In this document: positions 1 through 8,468 of the stretch, one piece after another
Position numbering within the stretch: position 1 is the first letter of the stretch
Layout: each line of letters starts with the position of its first letter
Origin: Gemmatimonadaceae bacterium
GTDB taxonomy: Bacteria; Gemmatimonadota; Gemmatimonadetes; Gemmatimonadales; Gemmatimonadaceae
Direction: 5' to 3'
Assembly (NCBI GenBank): GCA_051859245.1
Contig: JBHYGA010000004.1
Location: forward strand, 832,001-896,000
Length of the DNA stretch: 64,000 nucleotides
Notes under the pieces: model-generated
Told to the model about the DNA's origin: nothing
What the model saw: the letters and a program-made list of their open reading frames with translations, nothing else
Databases searched by the model: none
Program-made: the position numbers and the translations under genes

Positions 1-2
1 CA

Positions 3-677
3 CAGTTCGACGAGCATGATGATCGCTACGCACGCACAGCGGAGTGGTTGCATGTCTTGCAGAGTGCGTGGCGAGAGCCGAGCACCACGTTTCATGGCAA
101 GTACTATCAGGTTGACGATTTGATTGTGCAGCCGCCGCCCGTGTCGAGCCGACTGCGCCCGTATCCGCCGCTCTACGCCGGTGGAGAATCCGAGACGGCC
201 AAGGAATTGATCTCGTCCAAGTGCGACGCCTACGTGATGCACGGCGATTCGCCGGAACGTGTGGCGCCAAAGATTCTGGATATGCAAGTCCGCCGCGACA
301 AAGCCGGGCTTGCGCCAATGCAGTACGGGCTGGCCGCCTATGTGATTGTGCGCGACACGCCGGCGGAAGCGCAGCGCGAGCTGGAGCGCATTACGCAAGT
401 GCAACCCGGTTCGCCCGGGTACGGAAACTTTCAGGACTGGATCGCGAATACCAAGCTCGAGCAGCAGCTCTCGGTGCAGGATTATTCGGTATCCAATCGA
501 GGGCTACGCTCGGGCCTGGTTGGTACGCCCGAGCAGGTCGCCGAGCGCGTGCGAGAGCTGCAAGCGGTGGGCGTCGATCTATTGCTGCTGCAGTGCAGTC
601 CGCAGCTGGAAGAAATGGAGCGATTCTCCGAGCAAGTGATGCCGTTGGTGGAGCGGAAGGCGCGGATTGCGGCGTAG
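3..677 (+). CDS. LLM-class flavin-dependent monooxygenase (SsuD/SfnG-like), 5'-truncated by window edge
   Basis: Frame is open from position 3 (QFDEHDDRYARTAEWL...). Luciferase-like motifs FHGKYYQV, PPLYAGGES, LVGTPEQVAERV and ERFSEQVMP. Confidence 0.85.
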   Translation, partial: QFDEHDDRYARTAEWLHVLQSAWREPSTTFHGKYYQVDDLIVQPPPVSSRLRPYPPLYAGGESETAKELISSKCDAYVMHGDSPERVAPKILDMQVRRDKAGLAPMQYGLAAYVIVRDTPAEAQRELERITQVQPGSPGYGNFQDWIANTKLEQQLSVQDYSVSNRGLRSGLVGTPEQVAERVRELQAVGVDLLLLQCSPQLEEMERFSEQVMPLVERKARIAA

Positions 678-703
678 GGTTGTTGCAGTTTGTGATGCGA
701 CTA

Positions 704-738
704 TTCGGCCGCGCTGGGCTCCTTCCAGCGCGGCCGAA
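704..738. terminator. Hairpin between convergent genes, probable bidirectional terminator
   Basis: Perfect 14-bp inverted repeat TTCGGCCGCGCTGG / CCAGCGCGGCCGAA with a 7-nt loop, lying between the stops of the LLM gene and fhs. Confidence 0.7.
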
Positions 739-761
739 AACGTATCGGCACCACAGCGGCA

Positions 762-2444
762 TTACGAGAGTCCGCTCACTCGCCCGTCGGAGTCCATGGT
801 CATGCGGGCGGCGGCCGGCGTCTTGGAGAGCCCGGGCATGGTCATGATATCCCCGCAGCGTGCCACCACAAAGCCAGCACCGGCGCTTCCGGTCACGTCG
901 GCCACGCTGATTCGAAACCCGCTCGGGCGGCCGAGTCTGGACGCGTCGTCGGTGAGCGAATACTGCGTTTTGGCCATGCACACCGGCGTGTCGGCCATGC
1001 CGTTCGCTTCCAGCCACGCCATGCTGCGCTCCGCGGTGGGCGAAAAGTCCACGCCATCTCCGCCGTATACGCGCTGCACAATCGTCTCGATTTTCTCGCG
1101 GATCGGGCGTGATGTGTCGTACAGTGGACGGAACGACGCCTCACCACCGTCGAGCAGCTTCACCACTTCGCGCGCGAGCAGAATGCCGCCCTTGCCGCCG
1201 TTGGCGAACACGTCGGTGAGTGCCACCGCCACGCCCTGCGCTGCGCAGAATGCCATGACGCGATCAAGTTCGGCTTGCGTGTCTGTTGCGCGGCGATTCA
1301 CAGCGACCACAACAGGCACACCAAACTGCTGTACGTTGGCCACGTGATGCGCCAGATGTGGCAATCCGAGTTCGAGTGCGGACAGGTTTTCTGTATCGAG
1401 CTCGGTTTTCGCCGCGCCCCCCTGCATCTTCAGCGAACGAACCGTGGCCACGAGCACTGCGGCCTGCGGCGAGAGATCGCCCGCTCGGCAGACAATATCG
1501 AAAAACTTTTCGGCGCCAAGATCCGAGCCGAATCCAGCTTCGGTGACGACAATGTCACCAAGGGCGAGTGCCGTGCGCGTGGCGACCAGACTGTTGCAAC
1601 CCGTGGCGATGTTGCCGAACGGGCCGGCGTGCACAATGGCCGGTCCACCTTCGAGCGTTTGGACCAGGTTGGGGCGCATGGCGTGTTTGAGCAGAATGCT
1701 CATGGCCTGCTCCGCACCCAGATCACCCGCACGCACTGGTTCGCGTGCGGCACCAACGCGCGTTCCCACGATGATGCGCGCGAGACGCTCCTGCAAATCC
1801 TTGTAGCCACTGGCGAGTGAAACAATAGCCATGATTTCACTGGCCGGCACAATGACCCAACGCTCTTCACGCGGCACGCCGTGAGACGCGCCACCAAGAC
1901 CGATCACCGCGTGTCGCAGCGCACGATCATTCATGTCGATGGTGCGCGGCCACAGAATGCGACGCGTATCGATACCGAGTGCGTTGCCTTGCGCGAGGTG
2001 ATTGTCGATCAGCGCACTCAACAGATTGTGCGCCGCTGCAATCGCGTGAAAGTCACCGGTGAAGTGCAGGTTGATGTCTTCCATTGGCAGCACCTGACTG
2101 TATCCGCCGCCCGCAGCGCCGCCCTTCACGCCGAACACAGGCCCAAGACTTGGCTCGCGTAATGCGAGGACGGCGTTACCCGCCAGCAGTTGCAGTGCCT
2201 GCGTGAGACCAACACTAACCGTGCTTTTCCCTTCGCCCGCAGGCGTCGGGCTGATGGCCGTGACGAGCACCAGTCGGCCGCGCGGTTTCTGCTGCGCGAT
2301 CTCGAGCGGAAGTTTGGCCATGTAGCGACCGTACGGATCCAGCTCGTCTGGGATCAACCCGAGATCGGCGGCCACGTCAACGATCGGCCGCAAACGCGCC
2401 TGTTGCGCAATCTCAATATCGGACGGCATGCCGGACGTCGTCAT
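762..2444 (-). CDS. fhs: Formate--tetrahydrofolate ligase
   Basis: 560 aa with TPAGEGKST, REPSLGPVFGVKGGAAGGGYSQV, INLHFTGDFHAI, TEAGFGSDLGAEKF and CMAKTQYS. Confidence 0.97.
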   Translation of the reverse strand: MTTSGMPSDIEIAQQARLRPIVDVAADLGLIPDELDPYGRYMAKLPLEIAQQKPRGRLVLVTAISPTPAGEGKSTVSVGLTQALQLLAGNAVLALREPSLGPVFGVKGGAAGGGYSQVLPMEDINLHFTGDFHAIAAAHNLLSALIDNHLAQGNALGIDTRRILWPRTIDMNDRALRHAVIGLGGASHGVPREERWVIVPASEIMAIVSLASGYKDLQERLARIIVGTRVGAAREPVRAGDLGAEQAMSILLKHAMRPNLVQTLEGGPAIVHAGPFGNIATGCNSLVATRTALALGDIVVTEAGFGSDLGAEKFFDIVCRAGDLSPQAAVLVATVRSLKMQGGAAKTELDTENLSALELGLPHLAHHVANVQQFGVPVVVAVNRRATDTQAELDRVMAFCAAQGVAVALTDVFANGGKGGILLAREVVKLLDGGEASFRPLYDTSRPIREKIETIVQRVYGGDGVDFSPTAERSMAWLEANGMADTPVCMAKTQYSLTDDASRLGRPSGFRISVADVTGSAGAGFVVARCGDIMTMPGLSKTPAAARMTMDSDGRVSGLS

Positions 2445-2475
2445 GGGCGAGGAGTTCGAGTGGTGTAGGGTGGCG

Positions 2476-3147
2476 TTACTGCGGAACCGGTACGATCACG
2501 TCGTCAACAATGGCGAACGCCAGATCACCAGACGCTGGTGCCCACGCACCGCCGCCGGTAAGGCTGGAGAACGCGGGGAGAATGCACAGCTGCGCGCTGC
2601 GCACAAAACAGGGCAGGCGCACGCGGTCGCGTCCTTTGCCTCTGAGTGTCACATGTGGGTGCAGGTGCCCGCACAACGTCAATCGTTCAGGCGTCATGCG
2701 TGGGGGCTCATGTGCGCATTGCAGGGTGCCAAGAAGAAACGGCGCGTCAACGCAGGCAATGCCCAGTGACGACGGTGGATCTCCAGCGTGGGCATCATGA
2801 TTGCCGCGCACCAGCGTGATACGAAGGTTCGGCCACTGGTCGCGCCAGCGATACACCGGTTGCAATGCGCGCTCGTCCCAACCGAGTCGCGAGTGCGCAA
2901 GGTCGCCGAGTACAACCAGCGTGGTCGCCTGCGTGCGGGTGAGCACCGTGTCGAGCCGACGCAGGTCGGCGGAAGTTCCGCCAGCGGGCACCGGGGCGCC
3001 GAAGGCGCGGAGCGTGGTGGCTTTGCCCCAGTGCACGTCGGCAATGACGAGCGTGTTGAGCTCCGGAACGCTCAGCGCGCGCTCCGGGTGGAGCACCACG
3101 TCCTGCGTTCCGAGGGTGATTGACGCAGATACGCATTCCTCGAGCAT
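2476..3147 (-). CDS. pdeM: Ligase-associated DNA damage response metallophosphoesterase/endonuclease
   Basis: Calcineurin-like motifs ADVHWGK, LGDLAH, GNHD, HEP and GHLHP; last gene of the exonuclease-ligase-helicase operon. Confidence 0.9.
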   Translation of the reverse strand: MLEECVSASITLGTQDVVLHPERALSVPELNTLVIADVHWGKATTLRAFGAPVPAGGTSADLRRLDTVLTRTQATTLVVLGDLAHSRLGWDERALQPVYRWRDQWPNLRITLVRGNHDAHAGDPPSSLGIACVDAPFLLGTLQCAHEPPRMTPERLTLCGHLHPHVTLRGKGRDRVRLPCFVRSAQLCILPAFSSLTGGGAWAPASGDLAFAIVDDVIVPVPQ

Positions 3148-3210
3148 GCCGCAATTTAGCGTGCGGGGCAGTCGCGAGCCTGGCAGGTTTTCACGCCTCG
3201 TTGGTGGACA

Positions 3211-5730
3211 TTACGCGCGGTTCGCGGGGTTGGGTGACCACACCGTCTCTCTGCCCGCGGGCGTACGCTGCTCCATCTGCGCAGTCATGCGCTTCACGCG
3301 ATCGGCCAGTTTCTCGGTAGTCAATTTTTCTCTGGTTCGGTCAACCAGCAACGGAAACGCCAGAGGCGTAGGACGATCGACCTCAACAAGTCGAACCTGG
3401 CCAGCGCTCAGACGTGTGAGCACACGTCCGATTCGGCTCGCTTCAAGTTGGCGTTCAAGCACTTCACGCTGCGCCTGATAGAGCAACAGATTTTCGGGAT
3501 CGTAGCGGGTGAAGACATCAAATAGCAGTCCGCTCGACGCCTGTACCTGCTTCATGGTTTTCTGCTGTCCGGGGAAGCCACTGAAAATGAGTCCGGCAAC
3601 ACGTGCAATCTCACGAAACTGTCGGCGCGCGAGATCGGCGGCGTTGAGACTCTGCGTAATGTCGTGCAGCAAATGCTCAGGCGAGAGCAATGAGGCGTCG
3701 AGCGCTTCCTCAAGCGGCGCGCGCTCGGGTGACAGCAAGTCAAATCCGTAGTCGTTGCACGCAAAGCTGAACGTGATAGGACTGAGCTGCGCAATGCGAT
3801 AGGCGAAAAGCGCCGACAGCCCCTCATGTACCAGACGACCTTCAAACGGATAGACAAATAAGTGGTGACCGTCACGCGTTTCGCAGCGTTCAATCAACAG
3901 TTCATCTGGTCGTGGAATAGCCGATCGTTGCGCCTGCAGCTCGAGCAACGGCTGCACCGCTTTCAGTTCGGCGGTATTGAAGTTCCCCTGCCGCGCGCTC
4001 ACAAGTGTGTTCCGAACTGCGGCCGCCAACTCCGTTGATAGCGGCATACGCGCGCCGGCCCAGCGCGGAATGGCGCCAGCACTCGATTTGGCTTTGCGTA
4101 CCCACGCAATCAGATCGCGTACGCGCACGAACTCCAGCGCGCGGCCGGAGAAGTGAAAGACGTCCCCCGGTTTAAGCCGAGCCACAAAGCTCTCTTCCAC
4201 CGTGCCGATGCGTCCACCGGTAAGAAAGCGCACGGCAATGGACGCGTCACTGACAATCGTACCAATGTTGAGCACGTGCCGACGCGCCACCTGTGCATCG
4301 CGAACAAAGAATTGTTCGTCGCGCTCAACGAGTCGCGCGTATTCCGGATACGCTTGCAGCGTATTCCCGCCACGCGTGGCAAAGTCGATTGCCCACGCCA
4401 GCTCAGCTTCGGTAAGCTGCGCGTAGGCGCGTGTTGTGCGGAGTTCGGCGAGCGCTCCCTTAGCAGCAAAGCCGCCTCCAAGCGCGAGCGTCACGAGATG
4501 TTGCACCAGCAAATCGAGCGGCCGGTCAAGCGGATCTCGCGATTCAATGGACATGGCGCGCATGGCATCGCGTGCGGCCGAGACTTCGACGAGTTCAAGC
4601 GCGTTGGTCGGCACACACACAATGCGCGACACACGGCCCGGAGAATGTCCGGATCGACCGGCGCGCTGCAACAGTCGCGCCACGCCCTTGGGGCTGCCAA
4701 TCTGCAGGACGACATCAACCGGCGAAAAATCCACGCCGAGGTCGAGTGACGAGGTGGAGACCACAATGCGATAGCGGCCGCTTCGCAAACCATCTTCCAC
4801 ACTGCGACGCTGCGCAACATCCAGCGATCCATGGTGCAGCGCGGTGAACTCAAACCAATCCGGCCGCGCGGTACAAATGGACTGAAACCAGATTTCACAT
4901 TGTGATCGCGTGTTCGTGAATACAATTGCGCTTTCCGCGCGTTCCAGACGCTCGAGTACTTGTGGTAGCAGTTTGACATTCAGATGGCCCGCCCACGGAA
5001 AACGATCCATGGAGTCTGGTACCAGCGATTCAACTTCGATTTCCTTGGGGACAAGTCCGCGCACGAGGCGTCCCGCATTGGGCTGTCCCGATGCATTCAC
5101 GCCAACGAGCGTGTCACAGGCGACTTGCAGATTGCCGAGCGTGGCGGACAATCCCCACGTGCGAAGTGCGGGCACAATTGCACGCAGTCGCGCCAGCGCC
5201 AGTTCCGTTTGCGCACCACGCTTTGACGCCAGCAGCTCATGCCATTCGTCCACAATGACGCACCGAAGATTGCGGAAGAGCGTGGCGTGATCATCGCGGC
5301 AAAGCAGCAGCGTCAGCGACTCCGGTGTGGTCACCAAAGCCGTGGGCAGCCGGTCGCGCTGTTTGCGCCGCACCGACGCTTTGGTGTCGCCGGTACGAGA
5401 CTCAATCGTCCACGGCAGTCCGAGTGCGTCGACTGGTTCACGCAGCGCGCGTTCCGTATCGGCGGCCAGTGCTCGGAGCGGGGTAATCCACAGCACGCGC
5501 AACTCAGCGCTCGCGTGTGGTGATTCGCCTAGTGCTTCAAGCACTGGCCCCATCCAGGCCGCGTAGGTTTTGCCGGTACCGGTGGCGGCGTGAATCAGTC
5601 CTGATTCGCCATTCTCGTACGCTTGCCAAACTTCGCGCTGGAATTCGAATGGCTCCCAACCGTTCGATGCGAACCAGCTGCTGATCAGCGATTCCGGCGT
5701 GCCCGAAGTAGCGACGCGCTTGTTTTTCAC
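3211..5730 (-). CDS. Ligase-associated DNA damage response DEXH-box helicase (Lhr-core type)
   Basis: Walker A ATGTGKT, TPLRALA, DEWH, LSATLG, SLDLGVD and QRAGRSGH; 839 aa; 4-bp overlap with the ligase gene. Confidence 0.93.
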   Translation of the reverse strand: MKNKRVATSGTPESLISSWFASNGWEPFEFQREVWQAYENGESGLIHAATGTGKTYAAWMGPVLEALGESPHASAELRVLWITPLRALAADTERALREPVDALGLPWTIESRTGDTKASVRRKQRDRLPTALVTTPESLTLLLCRDDHATLFRNLRCVIVDEWHELLASKRGAQTELALARLRAIVPALRTWGLSATLGNLQVACDTLVGVNASGQPNAGRLVRGLVPKEIEVESLVPDSMDRFPWAGHLNVKLLPQVLERLERAESAIVFTNTRSQCEIWFQSICTARPDWFEFTALHHGSLDVAQRRSVEDGLRSGRYRIVVSTSSLDLGVDFSPVDVVLQIGSPKGVARLLQRAGRSGHSPGRVSRIVCVPTNALELVEVSAARDAMRAMSIESRDPLDRPLDLLVQHLVTLALGGGFAAKGALAELRTTRAYAQLTEAELAWAIDFATRGGNTLQAYPEYARLVERDEQFFVRDAQVARRHVLNIGTIVSDASIAVRFLTGGRIGTVEESFVARLKPGDVFHFSGRALEFVRVRDLIAWVRKAKSSAGAIPRWAGARMPLSTELAAAVRNTLVSARQGNFNTAELKAVQPLLELQAQRSAIPRPDELLIERCETRDGHHLFVYPFEGRLVHEGLSALFAYRIAQLSPITFSFACNDYGFDLLSPERAPLEEALDASLLSPEHLLHDITQSLNAADLARRQFREIARVAGLIFSGFPGQQKTMKQVQASSGLLFDVFTRYDPENLLLYQAQREVLERQLEASRIGRVLTRLSAGQVRLVEVDRPTPLAFPLLVDRTREKLTTEKLADRVKRMTAQMEQRTPAGRETVWSPNPANRA

Positions 5731-7367
5731 GCGTGATTACGCTGCGCACGCAGCATGGCGCGCACGGTCTCGAGGGTGTCAGCGTCGGCGGCTGTTTTGT
5801 CGCGCCGCCAACGCGCAATGCGCGGAAAGCGAACGGCCAGACCACTTTTGTGGCGCGTGCTTTCCTGAATGCCTTCAAACGCGAGCTCAAACACGAGGCG
5901 CGGTTCTACGGTACGCACCGGTCCAAACTTCTCTTTGGTGTGTGCGCGCACAAAGCGATCCACTTCGCGAATCTCGGCATCGGTGAGCCCGGAGTACGCT
6001 TTGGCAAACGGAACGAGCGTGTTGTCCAGCCATACGGCAAAGGTGTAGTCGGTGTACAAACCGGATCGACGGCCATGTCCGGTCTGCGCGTACACGAGCA
6101 CGGCGTCTACACTCAACGGCGAAACTTTCCACTTCCACCACTCGCCCGCGCGACGCCCAACACCATAGGGCGAGTCCGCGCGCTTGAGCATCAGTCCCTC
6201 TGCTTCCTGTGCGCGTGCGTCGCTACGTAGACGACTCACATCATCCCAACTCTCAACCGCGATGACTGGTGAAAGACTGACCGCAAGCGGCGTCGCACCG
6301 ATTGCCTCATGTCGGTCGGTTAACAGAGAATGCACCCGCTCCAATGCCTCTCGTCTCACATGCATCGGTTCGCTGCGAATATCTCGTCCGTCAACTTCGA
6401 GACAGTCGTAGGCGACCAGATGCACGGGCACATCACTCAAGAGCTTTTTGCCCACCGTTTTGCGATTGAGCCGGCGCTGCAGCGCCGTGAACGGCATGGG
6501 GCGCTTGTCTTGCCACGCCAGCAGCTCGCCATCCAGCACCGTGCCGTCCGGTAGCAGTGAGAGCGACGCTTCTACTTCCGGGAATCGCCCGTTGAGCAAC
6601 TCCTCACCGCGACTCCACAAAAACACCTGGCCCCGACGCACAATAAGCTGCGCACGAATGCCGTCCCACTTGTACTCAATCTGCCACGCGTTCGGCGCAC
6701 CGAGCGTTTCCGGTTCCGCTTCAAGCGGATACGCAAGAAAGAACGGATAGGGGCGACTCCAGTCCGCGTCGCTGGTGGCGGTACTTACGAGCGTGCGGAA
6801 CCACTCGCCTGAGGGTTCCCACTGCCCCATGAGACGATGGGCAATCACGTCCGGTTCAACACCGCTGGTGCGGGCGAGTGCGCGAACCACAAGGCCATCG
6901 GATACGCCAACTCTGAACGCGCCGGTGAGCAGTTTGTTGTACACGAACCGGGCTGTTCCACGCAAGGTGCTCCACGCCTCGAACAGCTGCGTGCGCTGCG
7001 CGTCTGGTGTCAGTGTGCGCAGCGGCAACAATCGCTGCTCTACCCATGCGGCGAGACTGAGATCCACGGCACCCGCACCCTGCTCGACGCTCTCCGGAAT
7101 GAGTAGCGCAATCGTTTCCGCCAGGTCACCAACTTGCGCGTAGGATTCTTCGAACAGCCAATCCGGAATGTTCGCCAGCTCGGCCGCCCACAGTCGCAAA
7201 TCCGGGGCGCGCACGAGTCGTTTGGGTCTGCGTCCGGTAAGAAACGCAACGGCCCACGCCGCGTCGGCCGCGGGTGCATTCGCAAAATACTCCGCCAGCG
7301 CATCTGTCTTCGCCTGCGTACCGGTTGACGAATCGATAGCGTCATAGAGCGCCGCAAAACGGATCAT
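5727..7367 (-). CDS. ATP-dependent DNA ligase
   Basis: Motif I EYKWDGIR, LDGEL, EGLMLKR, WWKWK, C-terminal OB-fold AVRFPRI. Confidence 0.95.
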   Translation of the reverse strand: MIRFAALYDAIDSSTGTQAKTDALAEYFANAPAADAAWAVAFLTGRRPKRLVRAPDLRLWAAELANIPDWLFEESYAQVGDLAETIALLIPESVEQGAGAVDLSLAAWVEQRLLPLRTLTPDAQRTQLFEAWSTLRGTARFVYNKLLTGAFRVGVSDGLVVRALARTSGVEPDVIAHRLMGQWEPSGEWFRTLVSTATSDADWSRPYPFFLAYPLEAEPETLGAPNAWQIEYKWDGIRAQLIVRRGQVFLWSRGEELLNGRFPEVEASLSLLPDGTVLDGELLAWQDKRPMPFTALQRRLNRKTVGKKLLSDVPVHLVAYDCLEVDGRDIRSEPMHVRREALERVHSLLTDRHEAIGATPLAVSLSPVIAVESWDDVSRLRSDARAQEAEGLMLKRADSPYGVGRRAGEWWKWKVSPLSVDAVLVYAQTGHGRRSGLYTDYTFAVWLDNTLVPFAKAYSGLTDAEIREVDRFVRAHTKEKFGPVRTVEPRLVFELAFEGIQESTRHKSGLAVRFPRIARWRRDKTAADADTLETVRAMLRAQRNHA

Positions 7368-8416
7368 GACGTAACTCCGTTCGCATCTGCGCTCGCGTTG
7401 GTGCTGTCGGTTTCGTCAACCGCGGCGTCATCACGTTCGCCCTCAAATCGTGTGGCGATCGCGCTCGCTTCGTAGCCATGTTCTGTGAGCCAACGCACCA
7501 CCGGGCCGGTAAATCCGTGTGTGACCCACACGCGTTCAGCGCCGGTGGCGGAGATGGCGCTCAATAGCTGGGGCCAGTCGACGTGGTCTGACAACGTGAA
7601 TCCTCGATCAACGCCGCGCCGTCGACGGGCTCCGCGCACCTGCATCCAGCCGCTTGCAAACGCGGCGGTGTGTTTGCCAAAGCGGCGTACCCAGGTGCTG
7701 CCATCAACGCTTGGTGGAGCCACAATAATGGCGCGTGCCCATGCCGGATCGCGCTGATCAACCGTAGCATAGGTGGTAGGCGGCATCGTGATGCCGGCCT
7801 CGCGATACAGCGCGGTCATGCTCTCGACGGCGCCATGCGTGAGAATTGGGCCAATGTCTGGATCGAGTCCGGACAGTAGACGCTGTGCTTTGCCGAGTGC
7901 GTAGCCGTAAAGCAGCGAGGCGCGGCCAGCGTTTGCGTTCTCGCGCCACCACTGGTTGATCTCGCCAAACACCTCGGTTTGCGCCGGCCAGCGATAGATG
8001 GGCAGGCCAAACGTGCTCTCGGTGATGAAGGTGTGGCACCGCACCGGTTCCCACGGCGCGCACGTGGTGTCAGCGTCCGTTTTGTAGTCACCGGATACCA
8101 CCCACACCTCACCCTTGTATTCCACGCGAATCTGTGCCGATCCGAGAATGTGGCCGGCGGGGTGCAGCGAGATCCGTACGCCGTTGATGGTCGTCGTTTC
8201 GCCATACGGTACCGCGCGCACACGATCCGCCTGCGCCCCCAGTCGATGACGCGAAACGCCGAGTCCCGCTTCGGAGACGAGATAGTGCCGGTGTCCCCAA
8301 CGCAGGTGATCGGCATGCGCGTGCGTGACTACGGCGCGGTCAACGGGCGCCCATGGGTCGATGAAGATGTCCGCCGCCTCGCACCAGAGGCCGCGATCCG
8401 TCAGGCGTAACAGCAT
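7364..8416 (-). CDS. Ligase-associated DNA damage response exonuclease (metallo-beta-lactamase fold)
   Basis: THAHADH, AGHILGSA, SGDYK, ESTFGLP, LSDHVDW. Start placed at ATG 8416 (MLLRLTDRGLWC); the longer ORF to 8599 overlaps the divergent gene. Confidence 0.92.
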   Translation of the reverse strand: MLLRLTDRGLWCEAADIFIDPWAPVDRAVVTHAHADHLRWGHRHYLVSEAGLGVSRHRLGAQADRVRAVPYGETTTINGVRISLHPAGHILGSAQIRVEYKGEVWVVSGDYKTDADTTCAPWEPVRCHTFITESTFGLPIYRWPAQTEVFGEINQWWRENANAGRASLLYGYALGKAQRLLSGLDPDIGPILTHGAVESMTALYREAGITMPPTTYATVDQRDPAWARAIIVAPPSVDGSTWVRRFGKHTAAFASGWMQVRGARRRRGVDRGFTLSDHVDWPQLLSAISATGAERVWVTHGFTGPVVRWLTEHGYEASAIATRFEGERDDAAVDETDSTNASADANGVTS

Positions 8417-8468
8417 GGTAGTGAGTGTCTTGCGGCGCGTGTTCGTTCCGTCCCGTAATATGAGTGGC

